DNA from: Candidatus Latescibacterota bacterium | GTDB taxonomy: Bacteria; Latescibacterota; UBA2968 | Reading direction: 5' to 3' | Assembly: GCA_965222605.1 (NCBI GenBank) | Contig: OZ244960.1 | Coordinates: 5,568,001 to 5,632,000, forward strand | Length of the DNA stretch: 64,000 nt | Shown: one piece after another, positions 28,055 to 38,437 of the stretch | Numbering within the stretch: the stretch's first letter is position 1 | Layout: every line of letters begins with the position of its first letter | Position numbers and translations under genes: made by a program | The notes under the pieces: generated by a model | Seen by the model: only the letters and a program-made list of their open reading frames with translations | Database searches by the model: none | Told to the model about the DNA's origin: nothing

Positions 28055-29200
28055 CTATTGGATCGCCTGGCGAACCCAGTCAAGCGCGGAGAGCGGCATG
28101 ATACCGTAGTTGTAAAAGGCGAATTTGGTCACGCCTTGTTCCTGGGCCGCCTGAAGATTGGCACAGAGGGTTTTTGCATCGGGGGAGGCTGGGGGATAGG
28201 CTTGAAGTCCGACAACGAGTTGGTCCGGGCTCTGGATGATAGGTAAAAGTTCTGAGACTCGCATTCTGGTGCGTTGGGGATCGGCAGTATAAGAAAGAAT
28301 TTCTACACTGTCAGCAATTTGTGCAATGGCTTTGGGATTCGATCCCGTGATTTTTGAATCGCCCATCAAGATATAGGAGAGCGGGACATCAACGGACTCT
28401 TTGAGTTCACGCACGAGGGATGTGACAATTTCTTCGCGCATGGCGTCAAATGCTTCGAGGTCTGGTATTGTGCGTTTGAGTTCTGTGATCGTTTCCCGAA
28501 CGGGTTGACCAGTATCAAAGGCCGTGCGGATTTTTGCGGTGACAGCACTTTGTAACTGCTCGATATCGATATTGCCTTCCATCGCTTGTTTTTTACAGCT
28601 ATCGCAGAAGCAGAGTGAAAAGAGGTAGCGTCCGCCAGAACCCAGGTCAATACCGTGTTTGGCGTGATGATGAAGATGGCCCCAGCCGGAGTAGGCGAGG
28701 GATTCGCATTCGAGGAGGGAGATGTCGTAGTTGAGCACCAGATCGCGAGAAAGCGCGATGGCAAAGGCGCGTACGTCTGGGTTTGCAGGGCAGAGGGCCG
28801 ATGTGCTGATGTCACCTGTGCAGCGGACTTCGGCACATTCGGGATGGGATTGCGCCTGATAGGAGTTGTGAAAAAAGACGGTCCAGGAATTGAGATTTAT
28901 ATCAGCGGATGATGCGGCTTTTGCGGCTTCGCCCCACCAGTTTTCGTTTTGCATCAAAGGGCTGACGTGTGGTTTGATCGCACCGTAAAGCGATTCCTGT
29001 GGCTCGAAATAAATCGCTGCCTGTGAGACCTCGAGTGTGTTGTTGGCAGGTAAATGGGGACGCAGCATGTCGAAGGTATGGTAAGCCGATGCGAGGTTGA
29101 TGGCGTCGAGTTTAATTTCTTCGCGGAGTTTGTGAAGAACGGCGTCATAACCTTCGTCGCGTAAATCCCAGGGATAAGTCCACATGGTGGCGTCAGGCAT
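28055..29200 (-). CDS. Hypothetical glycoside-hydrolase-like protein
   Basis: YPWDL, LASAYH, LCPANP; 381 aa. Confidence 0.6.
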   Translation of the reverse strand: MPDATMWTYPWDLRDEGYDAVLHKLREEIKLDAINLASAYHTFDMLRPHLPANNTLEVSQAAIYFEPQESLYGAIKPHVSPLMQNENWWGEAAKAASSADINLNSWTVFFHNSYQAQSHPECAEVRCTGDISTSALCPANPDVRAFAIALSRDLVLNYDISLLECESLAYSGWGHLHHHAKHGIDLGSGGRYLFSLCFCDSCKKQAMEGNIDIEQLQSAVTAKIRTAFDTGQPVRETITELKRTIPDLEAFDAMREEIVTSLVRELKESVDVPLSYILMGDSKITGSNPKAIAQIADSVEILSYTADPQRTRMRVSELLPIIQSPDQLVVGLQAYPPASPDAKTLCANLQAAQEQGVTKFAFYNYGIMPLSALDWVRQAIQ

Positions 29201-29347
29201 TGGGATGCTCCTTTCTCTGTTTTTGTCATGGTATTTTCGTTTTGGATAATTTCAAAGCGATTTTTGAAACGGGTTGAAAGGTGATTGACTTTTTTGCTAA
29301 AATATAGTATAACCTGTTTTTGTATTCAACACTGTTTGGAGGAATGG

Positions 29348-30361
29348 ATGACAAAACTCGGATTGGGTGTGATTGGATGCGGCAATATGGGGGCGAGTCT
29401 GGCAAATGGTGCGCGGGGTTTGGACTGCGCGGAAGTGGTTTGTGTTAGCGATGTAGATGGGAAAAAAGGCCGAGCACTATCTAAAAAAATGGACTGCGAT
29501 TACGAGGCGGATTATCACGCGATGCTGGCGCGGGAGGATGTGCGGGCAGTCATGATCGCCACGCCGCCGTTTTTGCATATTGATCCCACGATTGCAGCAG
29601 CCCGAGCGGGGGTGCATGTGTTTTGCGAAAAGCCCATGTCGCCGACGCTGGCTGGGTGTGATGCGATGATCTCCGCGTGTGAGCAAGGCGGCGTTGCGTT
29701 GGGTATTGGGCTGGTGTGTCGCTTTCACCCGGTGCATCGCAAGGTGCGCGATTTGGCTCGCGGGGGCGATTTGGGTTCGCCTTTGTGTTTGATGGTGCAT
29801 CGCCTGGGCGGTGGATGGGGCGGTGTTTGGACGGCAACCTGGCGAGAGTCAAGAGCCAAAAGTGGCGGTACGCTGATGGAAGTGAATGCGCATGAAATCG
29901 ATTTTATGCGTTTTGTGATGGGCGATGCGGAATCGGTTTCTGCGGTGGGGGGGCAGTTCGTGCAGATGGAGACGGATTTTCCAGATGTGGCACTCGTATC
30001 GATCCGATTCAGAAACGGTGGAGTAGGCGTATTGCATTCCAGTCAGGCAAGTGCTATTGGCGGTTATGGCGGGCGGTTGGATTGCGCCGAAGGCTCGGTG
30101 GCCTTTCCGTCGTTTTGGGGTGGTGAAGGTGGTTTGCGCTACAAGCGATACGATGGGGATGAGACGACGATTGCCGCGTCGGATTTATCGCAAGATGAAA
30201 GCCCGGTGAGCCAGGAAATTCGCGCGTTTTGCGAAGCGGTACTCAATGGGGAGGACCCACCGGTGTCTGGTGTAGATGGTCGGGCAGCTGTGGAGATTGC
30301 GTTGGCAGCTTATCAGTCCATTGAAACGGGCGAAACAATTGCGCTTCCGTTTGAGGAATGA
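29348..30361 (+). CDS. Gfo/Idh/MocA oxidoreductase
   Basis: GVIGCGNMG, FCEKP, HEID. Confidence 0.9.
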   Translation: MTKLGLGVIGCGNMGASLANGARGLDCAEVVCVSDVDGKKGRALSKKMDCDYEADYHAMLAREDVRAVMIATPPFLHIDPTIAAARAGVHVFCEKPMSPTLAGCDAMISACEQGGVALGIGLVCRFHPVHRKVRDLARGGDLGSPLCLMVHRLGGGWGGVWTATWRESRAKSGGTLMEVNAHEIDFMRFVMGDAESVSAVGGQFVQMETDFPDVALVSIRFRNGGVGVLHSSQASAIGGYGGRLDCAEGSVAFPSFWGGEGGLRYKRYDGDETTIAASDLSQDESPVSQEIRAFCEAVLNGEDPPVSGVDGRAAVEIALAAYQSIETGETIALPFEE

Positions 30362-30393
30362 CGCTTGTTGTTCACAGATCAGGATGAAAGATC

Positions 30394-31632
30394 ATGGCGC
30401 GAAAATTTGAGATTCCAGAATTTTACAAAAGTCCGATCATTTCGCAGGTCAAAAGAGCGCGACAACTATCGGATCCCAAAAAGCGCGATTTGCAGCCCTC
30501 GGTGCTGGATTTTGGGCCTGTGCGATTTTTTTTGGCGCGGCATTTTGGGTTTTGCTTTGGCGTGGAGAATGCCATTGAAATTGCGTATAAGACCCTGGAA
30601 GCGCATTCGGACCGACGCGTGTTTTTCCTGAGTGAGATGATTCACAATCCCAATGTGAACGCAGATTTGCAGGATCGCGGTGTGCAGTTTATGTTTACGC
30701 CGTCTGGCGAACAGCTTATTCCGTGGGAAGAACTTGTACCCGAAGATATCGTGGTCGTGCCTGCTTTTGGTACAACTGTGGGAACTCAAGAGGAATTGTC
30801 CCGGCGGGGGATTGATCCATATCAGTACAATACCACATGTCCATTTGTCGAAAGGGTGTGGAAGCGCAGTGCCCAATTGGGAGATGGGGATTATACTGTC
30901 GTCATTCACGGGAAGACCATACACGAAGAAACGCGGGCGACTTTTTCACACGCGGTTCAAAATGCACAGGTCGTGGCTATACTGAATTTGAAAGAGGCGC
31001 GTATTTTAGCAGATATTATTCGGGGCAAACGCGATCTCGGTGCTTTTGAACGGTATTTTAGACACAAGTGCTCACAGGGATTTGACCCTCGCATCCATTT
31101 GTCGCGCATCGGTGTGGTGAATCAGACGACGATGTTGGCTACTGAAACGCATGAAATCGCCGGGATCATTCGGCAGGCACTCATGGATCGGTACGGAGCG
31201 GAGAATATCGAAGACCATTTTGCGGATACATCAGATACGCTTTGTTATGCCACCAACGAAAATCAGAATGCGACGTACACACTTATTGAGCAAGAAGCAG
31301 ACCTCGCTCTGGTTGTAGGGGGCTACAATTCTTCGAATACGTCGCATATTGTGGAATTGTGCGAGGAAGCCATGCCGACGTTTTTTGTGAAGGATGCCGA
31401 GGAGTTGATTTCAGAACGCGAAATTCGGCATTATTGTCTCAAGTCGCACGGGGTGGAGATTGCCGAGAATTGGTTGCCCGATAAAAGACCTGTGGATGTC
31501 GCACTGACATGTGGTGCCTCGTGTCCCGATGCGGTGGTGGATGGTGTGCTGTTGCGCGTGTTGTCTTTTTTTTCTCAGACGCGGGATGTGCAGGGTGTGC
31601 TGGCGTCGTACAGGGCGATGGAGCCTGTGTAA
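30394..31632 (+). CDS. ispH: 4-hydroxy-3-methylbut-2-enyl diphosphate reductase
   Basis: FGFCFGV, TTCPFV, NQTT, NSSNT. Confidence 0.93.
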   Translation: MARKFEIPEFYKSPIISQVKRARQLSDPKKRDLQPSVLDFGPVRFFLARHFGFCFGVENAIEIAYKTLEAHSDRRVFFLSEMIHNPNVNADLQDRGVQFMFTPSGEQLIPWEELVPEDIVVVPAFGTTVGTQEELSRRGIDPYQYNTTCPFVERVWKRSAQLGDGDYTVVIHGKTIHEETRATFSHAVQNAQVVAILNLKEARILADIIRGKRDLGAFERYFRHKCSQGFDPRIHLSRIGVVNQTTMLATETHEIAGIIRQALMDRYGAENIEDHFADTSDTLCYATNENQNATYTLIEQEADLALVVGGYNSSNTSHIVELCEEAMPTFFVKDAEELISEREIRHYCLKSHGVEIAENWLPDKRPVDVALTCGASCPDAVVDGVLLRVLSFFSQTRDVQGVLASYRAMEPV

Positions 31633-31649
31633 TAGGGGGTGAGAGGCGT

Positions 31650-32066
31650 TTACTCTTCTCCTAACACTTCGAGAAGCCTGCGAACTTTTTGGAGTGATTC
31701 CTTTGTTTGCAATCGAAGCAGTGCAGAAAGCACGGCTTTTCCGTCTTCAGAAGAGAGTAAAATATTCAGTTCTCTGAGTTGTTCTGTTGTGAGTGTATTG
31801 AGCCGGTCGCTTACAATACTGCCCAACTCGGGATCATGCTCCCGACGGTAAACAATAGTCGTTTCGGGATTCGCACCCAAAAGGACATCCGGCGAAACGC
31901 CCAGAGCAGTGGCAATAGCGACCAGGGTATCGGCTCGGGGTACTTTTGTCTCGGCTTCAATGCGAGATACTGTCGCCTGGTCAATATTGGCAGCATGGGC
32001 GAGGTCGAGTTGAGACCAGTTTTTTGCGTGCCGTAATTTCCTTATTTTTCGTCCGGTTACGATCAT
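31650..32066 (-). CDS. XRE family HTH regulator
   Basis: SQLDLA, QATVSRIE. Confidence 0.85.
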   Translation of the reverse strand: MIVTGRKIRKLRHAKNWSQLDLAHAANIDQATVSRIEAETKVPRADTLVAIATALGVSPDVLLGANPETTIVYRREHDPELGSIVSDRLNTLTTEQLRELNILLSSEDGKAVLSALLRLQTKESLQKVRRLLEVLGEE

Positions 32067-32192
32067 AAATGAAAAATAAGGAAATTTTTTGTGTTTATTT
32101 ATGTGCATAGGCATATATTACGCCTAAAAATATGTATTTATACATATTTAAGAGAAAACTTCACGCGCTTACCCCTTTAGATTGGATACTCC

Positions 32193-32993
32193 ATGAGAAA
32201 AATGTACTGGACAGACTTGGGAGCTTCTAAAATTCGGTGTGCAAACTTAGACGGTTCAGATGTCAAAGACCTCGTTGCTACTGGATTGCGTATTCCAAAT
32301 AGCATCGCCATAGATGGGGACGAGGGGAAGATGTACTGGACGGACGCTGGGACGTCCAAAATTCAGCGTGCAAACCTGGACGGTTCAGATGTCGAAGACC
32401 TCATTACTGTCGATGTGTATCTTCCAGGTGGAATGACGGTGCATGGAAAGAAAAAAAAAATCTATTGGACAGACGCGGCCTGGGGAGAGACCGTGGAGTG
32501 CAAAGTACAACGAGCGGACCTGGATGGCTCTCATGTCGAAACCCTCGTTTTCACCGAATTGAGTATTCCTAACGGTATCGTCTTGGATCTGGACATGGGT
32601 AAGATATACTGGACAGACTTAACTAAAATTCAACGTGCGAACCTGGATGGCTCTCATGTTGAAACCCTCGTTATCACCGAATTACTGCCATTGGGGATTG
32701 CCTTAGACGTGGGTGAAGGGAAGATGTACTGGACGAACTATAAGGGTGCTGGCGTGTCTAAAATTCAACGTGCTAATCTGGATGGTTCAGATGTCGAAGA
32801 TCTCGTTACTGTGGGATTGGATCGGCCATCGGGGATTGCTTTAGATGTCGTCAAAGGGAAGATGTACTGGGGGGACTATGACAACTATGGAACGTCTAAA
32901 ATTCAACGTGCTAATCTGGATGGTTCAGATGTCGAAGACCTTGTCACTGTGGGATTGGATCGGCCCTCGGGGATTGCCTTATGCTGCTTCTAA
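32193..32993 (+). CDS. LDL-receptor class B (YWTD) repeat protein
   Basis: Six KMYWTD..KIQRANLDGS-type repeats. Confidence 0.85.
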   Translation: MRKMYWTDLGASKIRCANLDGSDVKDLVATGLRIPNSIAIDGDEGKMYWTDAGTSKIQRANLDGSDVEDLITVDVYLPGGMTVHGKKKKIYWTDAAWGETVECKVQRADLDGSHVETLVFTELSIPNGIVLDLDMGKIYWTDLTKIQRANLDGSHVETLVITELLPLGIALDVGEGKMYWTNYKGAGVSKIQRANLDGSDVEDLVTVGLDRPSGIALDVVKGKMYWGDYDNYGTSKIQRANLDGSDVEDLVTVGLDRPSGIALCCF

Positions 32994-33012
32994 TATCTCA
33001 CCTTTTCATGGG

Positions 33013-33041
33013 TTGACTTTCGCCTTTGCATGCGCTATATT
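33013..33041 (+). promoter_or_regulatory. Sigma70-like promoter of the candidate ncRNA
   Basis: TTGACT-17 bp-TATATT. Confidence 0.65.
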
Positions 33042-33046
33042 GGAAC

Positions 33047-33297
33047 CACACAAGAAAGGAGGTGGTCGAATGAGTGAAATGACCAGTGGAGGTGGCTGTC
33101 GTTAGGTGCGCCTCTGCCAGGAGCGGGGTATAGCATCTCGAATGGTAGCGCACCTGGCAATCCAAGACAGCCATCGATCGGTTTGTTATCTGCCACATTG
33201 GCGATTTTTTGATAGTCGCGAGGCAGAGACTCCCGTCAGACGATGCGCCGCACGGAGATGGGTCGGTTTTCCGACACCCGACGTGTGGCGCTTTTTT
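33047..33297 (+). ncRNA. Candidate structured RNA with an 11-codon ORF
   Basis: Promoter, several long stems and terminal hairpin plus T6; no long ORF. Confidence 0.5.
33245..33297 (+). terminator. Intrinsic terminator
   Basis: GCGCCGCACG...CGTGTGGCGC followed by TTTTTT. Confidence 0.7.
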
Positions 33298-33414
33298 GTG
33301 GGCTTTCTAACTTGACAAAATTGGATTATACTGTACCTTCAAAGGCTTAAAGATTTCAGAATCAGGAGAGGAGGTGAGCGAATTGCGCCGTAACCATGCG
33401 GCGCGATTGAAACG

Positions 33415-33846
33415 ATGATGACACCGAGTGCCAAAAAAGGCGATGTTGAACAAACCTGGTATGTCGCCGATGCAGAAGGCAAGGTGCTGGGGCGATTTGC
33501 CAGTGGCGTTGCCAAAATTTTGCGCGGCAAACACAAGCCTTTTTTTACTCCCCATGTTGATACAGGGGATCATGTGGTTATTGTAAATGCCGAAAAGATT
33601 CAGGTGAAGGGCAATAACAAAGCCCAGCAAAAGGTTTATACGAGCTATAGTGGATATCCCGGTGGGCTTAAGAAGCAAACGCTGGAAGACGCGCTGGAAA
33701 AGCGCCCCACGTTTGTACTCGAGCACGCGATTCGGGGCATGTTGCCTCACAACAAATTGGGGCGACAGATGATCAAAAAGGTCCGTATTTACGCCGGACC
33801 AGAGCACCCACACCAGGCTCAGTCACCTGAGCCTATTGATTTATAG
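33415..33846 (+). CDS. rplM: 50S ribosomal protein L13
   Basis: WYVADA, LRGKHKP, DTGDHV. Confidence 0.97.
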   Translation: MMTPSAKKGDVEQTWYVADAEGKVLGRFASGVAKILRGKHKPFFTPHVDTGDHVVIVNAEKIQVKGNNKAQQKVYTSYSGYPGGLKKQTLEDALEKRPTFVLEHAIRGMLPHNKLGRQMIKKVRIYAGPEHPHQAQSPEPIDL

Positions 33847-33859
33847 AGGAGGTGATTGT

Positions 33860-34255
33860 TTGGCAGTTGAACCACTGAGTTCTGCTACGGGGCGTCGCAA
33901 AACATCGACAGCGCATGTGAAACTTTTTCCCGGAACGGGGTCGATTGTGATTAATGGGCTTTCCGCGCTCGATTATCTCAAACGGGAGACATTGGTGATG
34001 ATTATCGAACAGCCCTTAGATGTGATCGAGGCCCGAGGGACTTATGATATTGTTGCCAAAGCAAAGGGTGGCGGTTTGACCGGTCAGGCCGGTGCCGTGC
34101 GATTGGGTATTGCGCGCAGTTTGCAGCGCGTGAATACGGGCAATCACAGACCCCTGCGACAGGCGGGCTTGCTCACGCGCGACCCGCGCAAAGTGGAGCG
34201 CAAAAAACCCGGGCAGCCCGGAGCACGCAAAAAATTCCAGTTTTCCAAGCGTTAG
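33860..34255 (+). CDS. rpsI: 30S ribosomal protein S9
   Basis: TGRRK, GGGLTGQAGA, QFSKR; TTG start. Confidence 0.97.
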   Translation: MAVEPLSSATGRRKTSTAHVKLFPGTGSIVINGLSALDYLKRETLVMIIEQPLDVIEARGTYDIVAKAKGGGLTGQAGAVRLGIARSLQRVNTGNHRPLRQAGLLTRDPRKVERKKPGQPGARKKFQFSKR

Positions 34256-34277
34256 ACCAGAGTATTTTATCTGGATA

Positions 34278-34388
34278 TCACATGTATCCTGATTGCTTCA
34301 CGGGTGCCAATGAGGCCACATGAACTGCTAATGTAGTTGTACCCCATTCGGCGGTGCGGCAATATGAGGGATGCAGAGGACAAACCCA
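34278..34388 (+). promoter_or_regulatory. rpsB (S2) autoregulatory leader
   Basis: GTATCC/GGATGC stem, GGGTGCC and distal AAACCC, resembling the known rpsB leader. Confidence 0.55.
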
Positions 34389-34404
34389 AAGTACAGGAGG
34401 TAAC

Positions 34405-35163
34405 ATGGCTGTTGTTTCTATGAGGCAACTGCTCGAATCTGGGGTTCACTTCGGGCATCAAACCCGGCGGTGGAATCCAAAGATGCAGAAGTACATTTTT
34501 ACAGAACGCAATGGTATTTACATTGTCGATTTGCAAAAGACGCAGGCGCAAATCGAAGCGGCATATCAGGCTGTACGCAAGGCTGCTGAAACAGGTCAGC
34601 CGATTCTTTTTGTCGGCACAAAGAAACAGGCCAAAGACATCATTGTAAATGCCGCTGAACGCTGCGATATGTTTTTTGTCAACAACCGTTGGTTGGGGGG
34701 CATGCTGACGAATTTTCAAACTATTCGGCAGAGCATTCGTCGCCTGGACATGTTGGATAAAATGGCTGGCGATGGCACATATCAGCAGTTGACCAAAAAG
34801 GAAGTGTTGCGTTTGGAACGCGAGCGCGATAAGTTGCAAAAATCCCTGGGCGGGATCCGCAGCATGGGGCGTTTGCCAGCGCTCGTATTTGTCGTGGATA
34901 CCAAAAAGGAAAAAATCGCAGTCGCCGAAGCGCGTCGCCTGGAAATTCCGCTTGTGGCAATTGTCGATACCAACTGCGATCCGGATGAGGTTGACCATCC
35001 GATTCCGGGCAATGATGATGCAATGCGGTCCATTGCGCTGATTACAAATTTAATGGCCGAGGCCGTAATCGAGGGGACAACTGTTCGACAGGAAGAAGAA
35101 GAAGAAGGCCCTGCGCCAGATGCAGGCCCTGAGATTACAGAAATCGATCCCAGCAATAATTGA
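34405..35163 (+). CDS. rpsB: 30S ribosomal protein S2
   Basis: [21 protein letters not shown]. Confidence 0.97.
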   Translation: MAVVSMRQLLESGVHFGHQTRRWNPKMQKYIFTERNGIYIVDLQKTQAQIEAAYQAVRKAAETGQPILFVGTKKQAKDIIVNAAERCDMFFVNNRWLGGMLTNFQTIRQSIRRLDMLDKMAGDGTYQQLTKKEVLRLERERDKLQKSLGGIRSMGRLPALVFVVDTKKEKIAVAEARRLEIPLVAIVDTNCDPDEVDHPIPGNDDAMRSIALITNLMAEAVIEGTTVRQEEEEEGPAPDAGPEITEIDPSNN

Positions 35164-35179
35164 GGAGATGGAGACTGAA

Positions 35180-35779
35180 ATGGCTATTTCTGCAAAAATG
35201 GTTCAGGAGTTGCGTGCCAGAACCAATGTGGGCATGATGGATTGTAAACGGGCACTCGAAGAGGCCGATGGCGTTATGGATAAGGCTGTTGAGTTGTTGC
35301 GTAAACGGGGTATTGCCAAAGCAGAGATCAGAGCGGGACGTCAGGCCAAAGAGGGGGCGATTGCGTCTTATATCCATGCGGGAAGCCAATTGGGGGTTTT
35401 GCTCGAGATCAATAGCGAGACCGACTTTGTAGCGCGCACCGATGAGTTTCAGACGTTTTCAAAAGATGTGGCTATGCACATCGCCGCCGCTGCACCTCTT
35501 GTGGTAAATCGCGAGGATGTAGATGCCGAAATGCTGGAAAGGGAAAAGAATATTTATCGCGATCAGGCACTCAGCGAAGGCAAACCAGAGCACATCGTGG
35601 ATCGAATTGTAGATGGTCGCATGGAAAAGTACTACCAGGAAGTGGTCTTAATGGAACAGGCTTTTGTCAAAGATCCGGACAAAACCATTCAGGACCTGCA
35701 CTCAGATTTGGTGGCCAAGTGCGGCGAAAATATCACCATTCGCCGATTTGCCCGTTTTGTCCTGGGAGAAGAGAGTTAA
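35180..35779 (+). CDS. tsf: Elongation factor Ts (short form)
   Basis: GMMDCK, ETDFVA. Confidence 0.97.
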   Translation: MAISAKMVQELRARTNVGMMDCKRALEEADGVMDKAVELLRKRGIAKAEIRAGRQAKEGAIASYIHAGSQLGVLLEINSETDFVARTDEFQTFSKDVAMHIAAAAPLVVNREDVDAEMLEREKNIYRDQALSEGKPEHIVDRIVDGRMEKYYQEVVLMEQAFVKDPDKTIQDLHSDLVAKCGENITIRRFARFVLGEES

Positions 35780-35808
35780 GCATCTATAATGCCCAGAGGA
35801 GGTGCGCC

Positions 35809-36366
35809 GTGATTGATGAGATTATGGCTGAAGCGCGAACGGCCATGCAAAAGTCTGTGATAGCCTTGCAAAATGAGATGGCTACAGTACGCACCGGGCG
35901 TGCCAACGCGCATTTGCTGGATCAAATTCGGATTGAGTATTACGGCTCGCAGGTGCCGATCAATCAGGTCGCTACAGTGGGCGTGCCAGAACCGCGTTTG
36001 ATCGCGATTCAACCCTGGGATAAGTCGGCGATTCCACTGATTGAAAAGGCAATTCAGGGATCGAATTTGGGATTGACGCCGGCCAACGATGGCACAATTA
36101 TTCGGTTGCCTATTCCGCAGTTGACAGAAGACCGCAGGCGAGAGTTGGTGCGGGTGGTGAGGCAATATGCTGAGGAAAGCCGCATTTCAATTCGCAATAC
36201 CCGTCGCGACGCCAATGAACTCATCCGCTATGCACAAAAGGAAGGCGAGATTCCGGAAGATGACGCCAGGCGCACAACAGAGCGCGTGCAGGCTTTGACC
36301 GACGAGTTTGTCGCGAAAATTGATGATGTGTTATCAAAAAAAGAAGAAGAAATTATGGAAGTTTGA
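35809..36366 (+). CDS. frr: Ribosome recycling factor
   Basis: RTGRA, IQPWDK, IRNTRRDAN. Confidence 0.97.
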   Translation: MIDEIMAEARTAMQKSVIALQNEMATVRTGRANAHLLDQIRIEYYGSQVPINQVATVGVPEPRLIAIQPWDKSAIPLIEKAIQGSNLGLTPANDGTIIRLPIPQLTEDRRRELVRVVRQYAEESRISIRNTRRDANELIRYAQKEGEIPEDDARRTTERVQALTDEFVAKIDDVLSKKEEEIMEV

Positions 36367-36390
36367 CGGGGAACAAGATTTGCTGAATTG

Positions 36391-36422
36391 AAAAGGCCAT
36401 CTCCATTACGAGGTGGCCTTTT
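36391..36422. terminator. Bidirectional intrinsic terminator
   Basis: AAAAGGCCATCTC / GAGGTGGCCTTTT between convergent genes. Confidence 0.75.
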
Positions 36423-36455
36423 GATTTTGGAATCTGAATATTGGCATAGCCCTTT

Positions 36456-36971
36456 TTAGTATCTGATCGCATAGATCTCGACAAATTCGCCGTAGTGCCA
36501 GACGTAATACGCCGTGCGATAGTGCGATTTGGATCTGCCTGTTCGGGCGGCGCGTTCAACGGCTTCGGGAGGGTTGACGATTAAGAGTTTGCTGTCGAGA
36601 CGAAAACGAAAGCCCAGATGCGTGACAAAGGGCGCGAAGATCACACTGCCTGTTCGCGCGTCAATAACGGCGAGTTGCTGGCATTCTTCACCGCAAAACC
36701 ACCGCACAATGGTTTGATCGCCCGCAAAATTGGGCCCGATTTTGGCTCCTTGAATCAAGCGGTCTTTGAATCGAATCGCACGCGGATGGCTTACGAGATT
36801 GACGGGACGCGGTTTGTCTTTGTAAATTTGGTATGCGGGAATCGCGTGCTGTTCAAATTCGGGCATTTCAGTCACGGGGCCAGGCGCTTTGGGTAACTCG
36901 AATTCGGGCATACAGGCAAACAACATCAAAAAGAGAACGGGATGGATCGATTTGTATTTTGGCATTCTCAT
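36456..36971 (-). CDS. Hypothetical lipoprotein
   Basis: Lipobox-like LFAC; GPNFAG, CGEEC. Confidence 0.65.
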   Translation of the reverse strand: MRMPKYKSIHPVLFLMLFACMPEFELPKAPGPVTEMPEFEQHAIPAYQIYKDKPRPVNLVSHPRAIRFKDRLIQGAKIGPNFAGDQTIVRWFCGEECQQLAVIDARTGSVIFAPFVTHLGFRFRLDSKLLIVNPPEAVERAARTGRSKSHYRTAYYVWHYGEFVEIYAIRY

Positions 36972-37102
36972 GCGTCATTTCTCGGCGATGATAGAAGTCG
37001 CTTATGCTATTAACTACGCACCAAATGGCTTTTTCGTCAAGTCGCGTTATCATTTACCCAACTTGACGACCCCTGATCGGATTGTAGAGTTCAATTTTAT
37101 AT

Positions 37103-37261
37103 GGAAGGCGGTCTGTCATGCACGGCGGCGGCGTATCGGGATTCAACACAGTTTTGTTGCGATTTTTAGATGACGAGGTCTGTATTATTGTATTGAGCAA
37201 TGTGGACCCCGCCCCTGTAAAATCCATTGCGCAACAACTCGCGGCGGTTGTGTTTGCCTGA
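37103..37261 (+). pseudogene. Serine hydrolase (beta-lactamase family) C-terminal fragment
   Basis: HGGGVSGFNT..RFLDDEVCIIVLSN; preceded by an out-of-frame ATG at 37101. Confidence 0.7.
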
Positions 37262-37354
37262 GCAACACCGCTGAGTATCGCGCGTTGCTTGACTCCCCAC
37301 TATCCATTGGGTACATTTGCATGCCATTTATGTCACGATCCAAAGGAGCTTGTT

Positions 37355-38434
37355 ATGAGCAGCACATTTGGCCGCGCGTTTCGCATTACCACATGGGGGG
37401 AATCGCATGGTGGCGGTGTTGGCGTAGTTTTAGATGGGTGCCCGCCCGGTCTGGAGATCAGCGAAGAAGATATTCAAATTGAACTCGACCGCCGCAAACC
37501 GGGCCAGAGTAAAATCACCACACAACGCAAAGAAGAAGACCAGATAGAAATCCACTCGGGTCTTTTTGAGGGCCAAACTCTTGGTACACCCATCTCGATG
37601 ATGGTTTGGAACCAGGATGCGCGTTCTAAAGATTACGAAGAAATACGCACCAAATATCGCCCTTCGCACGCCGATTATACGTATGAACAAAAATACGGCA
37701 TTCGCAACTGGAAAGGGGGGGGCAGAGCCAGTGCACGCGAGACAATCGGCCGCGTTGCTGCAGGTGCGGTTGCGCGCAAATTGCTCAAACGCGATTGCAA
37801 TATCGACATTATCGCTTATGTTCGCCAGGTTCACACCCTGGTTGCCAATGTCGATCCCGTCGCGGTTACTCGCGAGCAGGTCGAGTCGAATATTGCCCGT
37901 GTGCCCGATCTCGAGATTGCTGAGCAAATCATTCGGCGCATTGATGCTGCCCGCAAAGATGGCGATTCTCTCGGTGGCGTGGTCGAGGCCGTCGCCCATC
38001 GGGTGCCTTCTGGCTGGGGTGAACCCATCTTTGACAAACTCGAAGCCGACCTCGCCAAATCCATGCTTTCACTGCCCGCCTGCAAAGGCTTTGAATCCGG
38101 CTCTGGTTTTGGCGGTATCGCGATGACCGGTTCTGCACATAACGATCCATTTTACAACGATGGTAGCGGCATTCACACGCGCACAAATCATTCCGGTGGC
38201 ATTCAGGGCGGTATTTCCAACGGCGAACCCATCGTTATTCGCGCAGCTTTTAAGCCCACTGCCACAATTTTGGCCGAGCAAGAAACCGTCGATATCCACG
38301 GCAATTCCACCACTCTCAAAGGGCGCGGTCGCCACGACCCCTGCGTCTTACCCCGCGCTGTTCCCATTGTCGAAGCGATGATGGCACTCGTTCTTGCAGA
38401 TCACTATTTGCGCCAGCGCGGACAAAAAGGGTGA
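37355..38434 (+). CDS. aroC: Chorismate synthase
   Basis: [27 protein letters not shown]. Confidence 0.97.
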   Translation: MSSTFGRAFRITTWGESHGGGVGVVLDGCPPGLEISEEDIQIELDRRKPGQSKITTQRKEEDQIEIHSGLFEGQTLGTPISMMVWNQDARSKDYEEIRTKYRPSHADYTYEQKYGIRNWKGGGRASARETIGRVAAGAVARKLLKRDCNIDIIAYVRQVHTLVANVDPVAVTREQVESNIARVPDLEIAEQIIRRIDAARKDGDSLGGVVEAVAHRVPSGWGEPIFDKLEADLAKSMLSLPACKGFESGSGFGGIAMTGSAHNDPFYNDGSGIHTRTNHSGGIQGGISNGEPIVIRAAFKPTATILAEQETVDIHGNSTTLKGRGRHDPCVLPRAVPIVEAMMALVLADHYLRQRGQKG

Positions 38435-38437
38435 GAA

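Noticed and set aside
33124-33158. tRNA-Pro-like 5-prime half (CGGGGTATAGC...TGGTAGCGCACCTGG)
   Set aside because: No anticodon arm or TTCGA T-loop at the right spacing; the segment pairs within a larger hairpin instead
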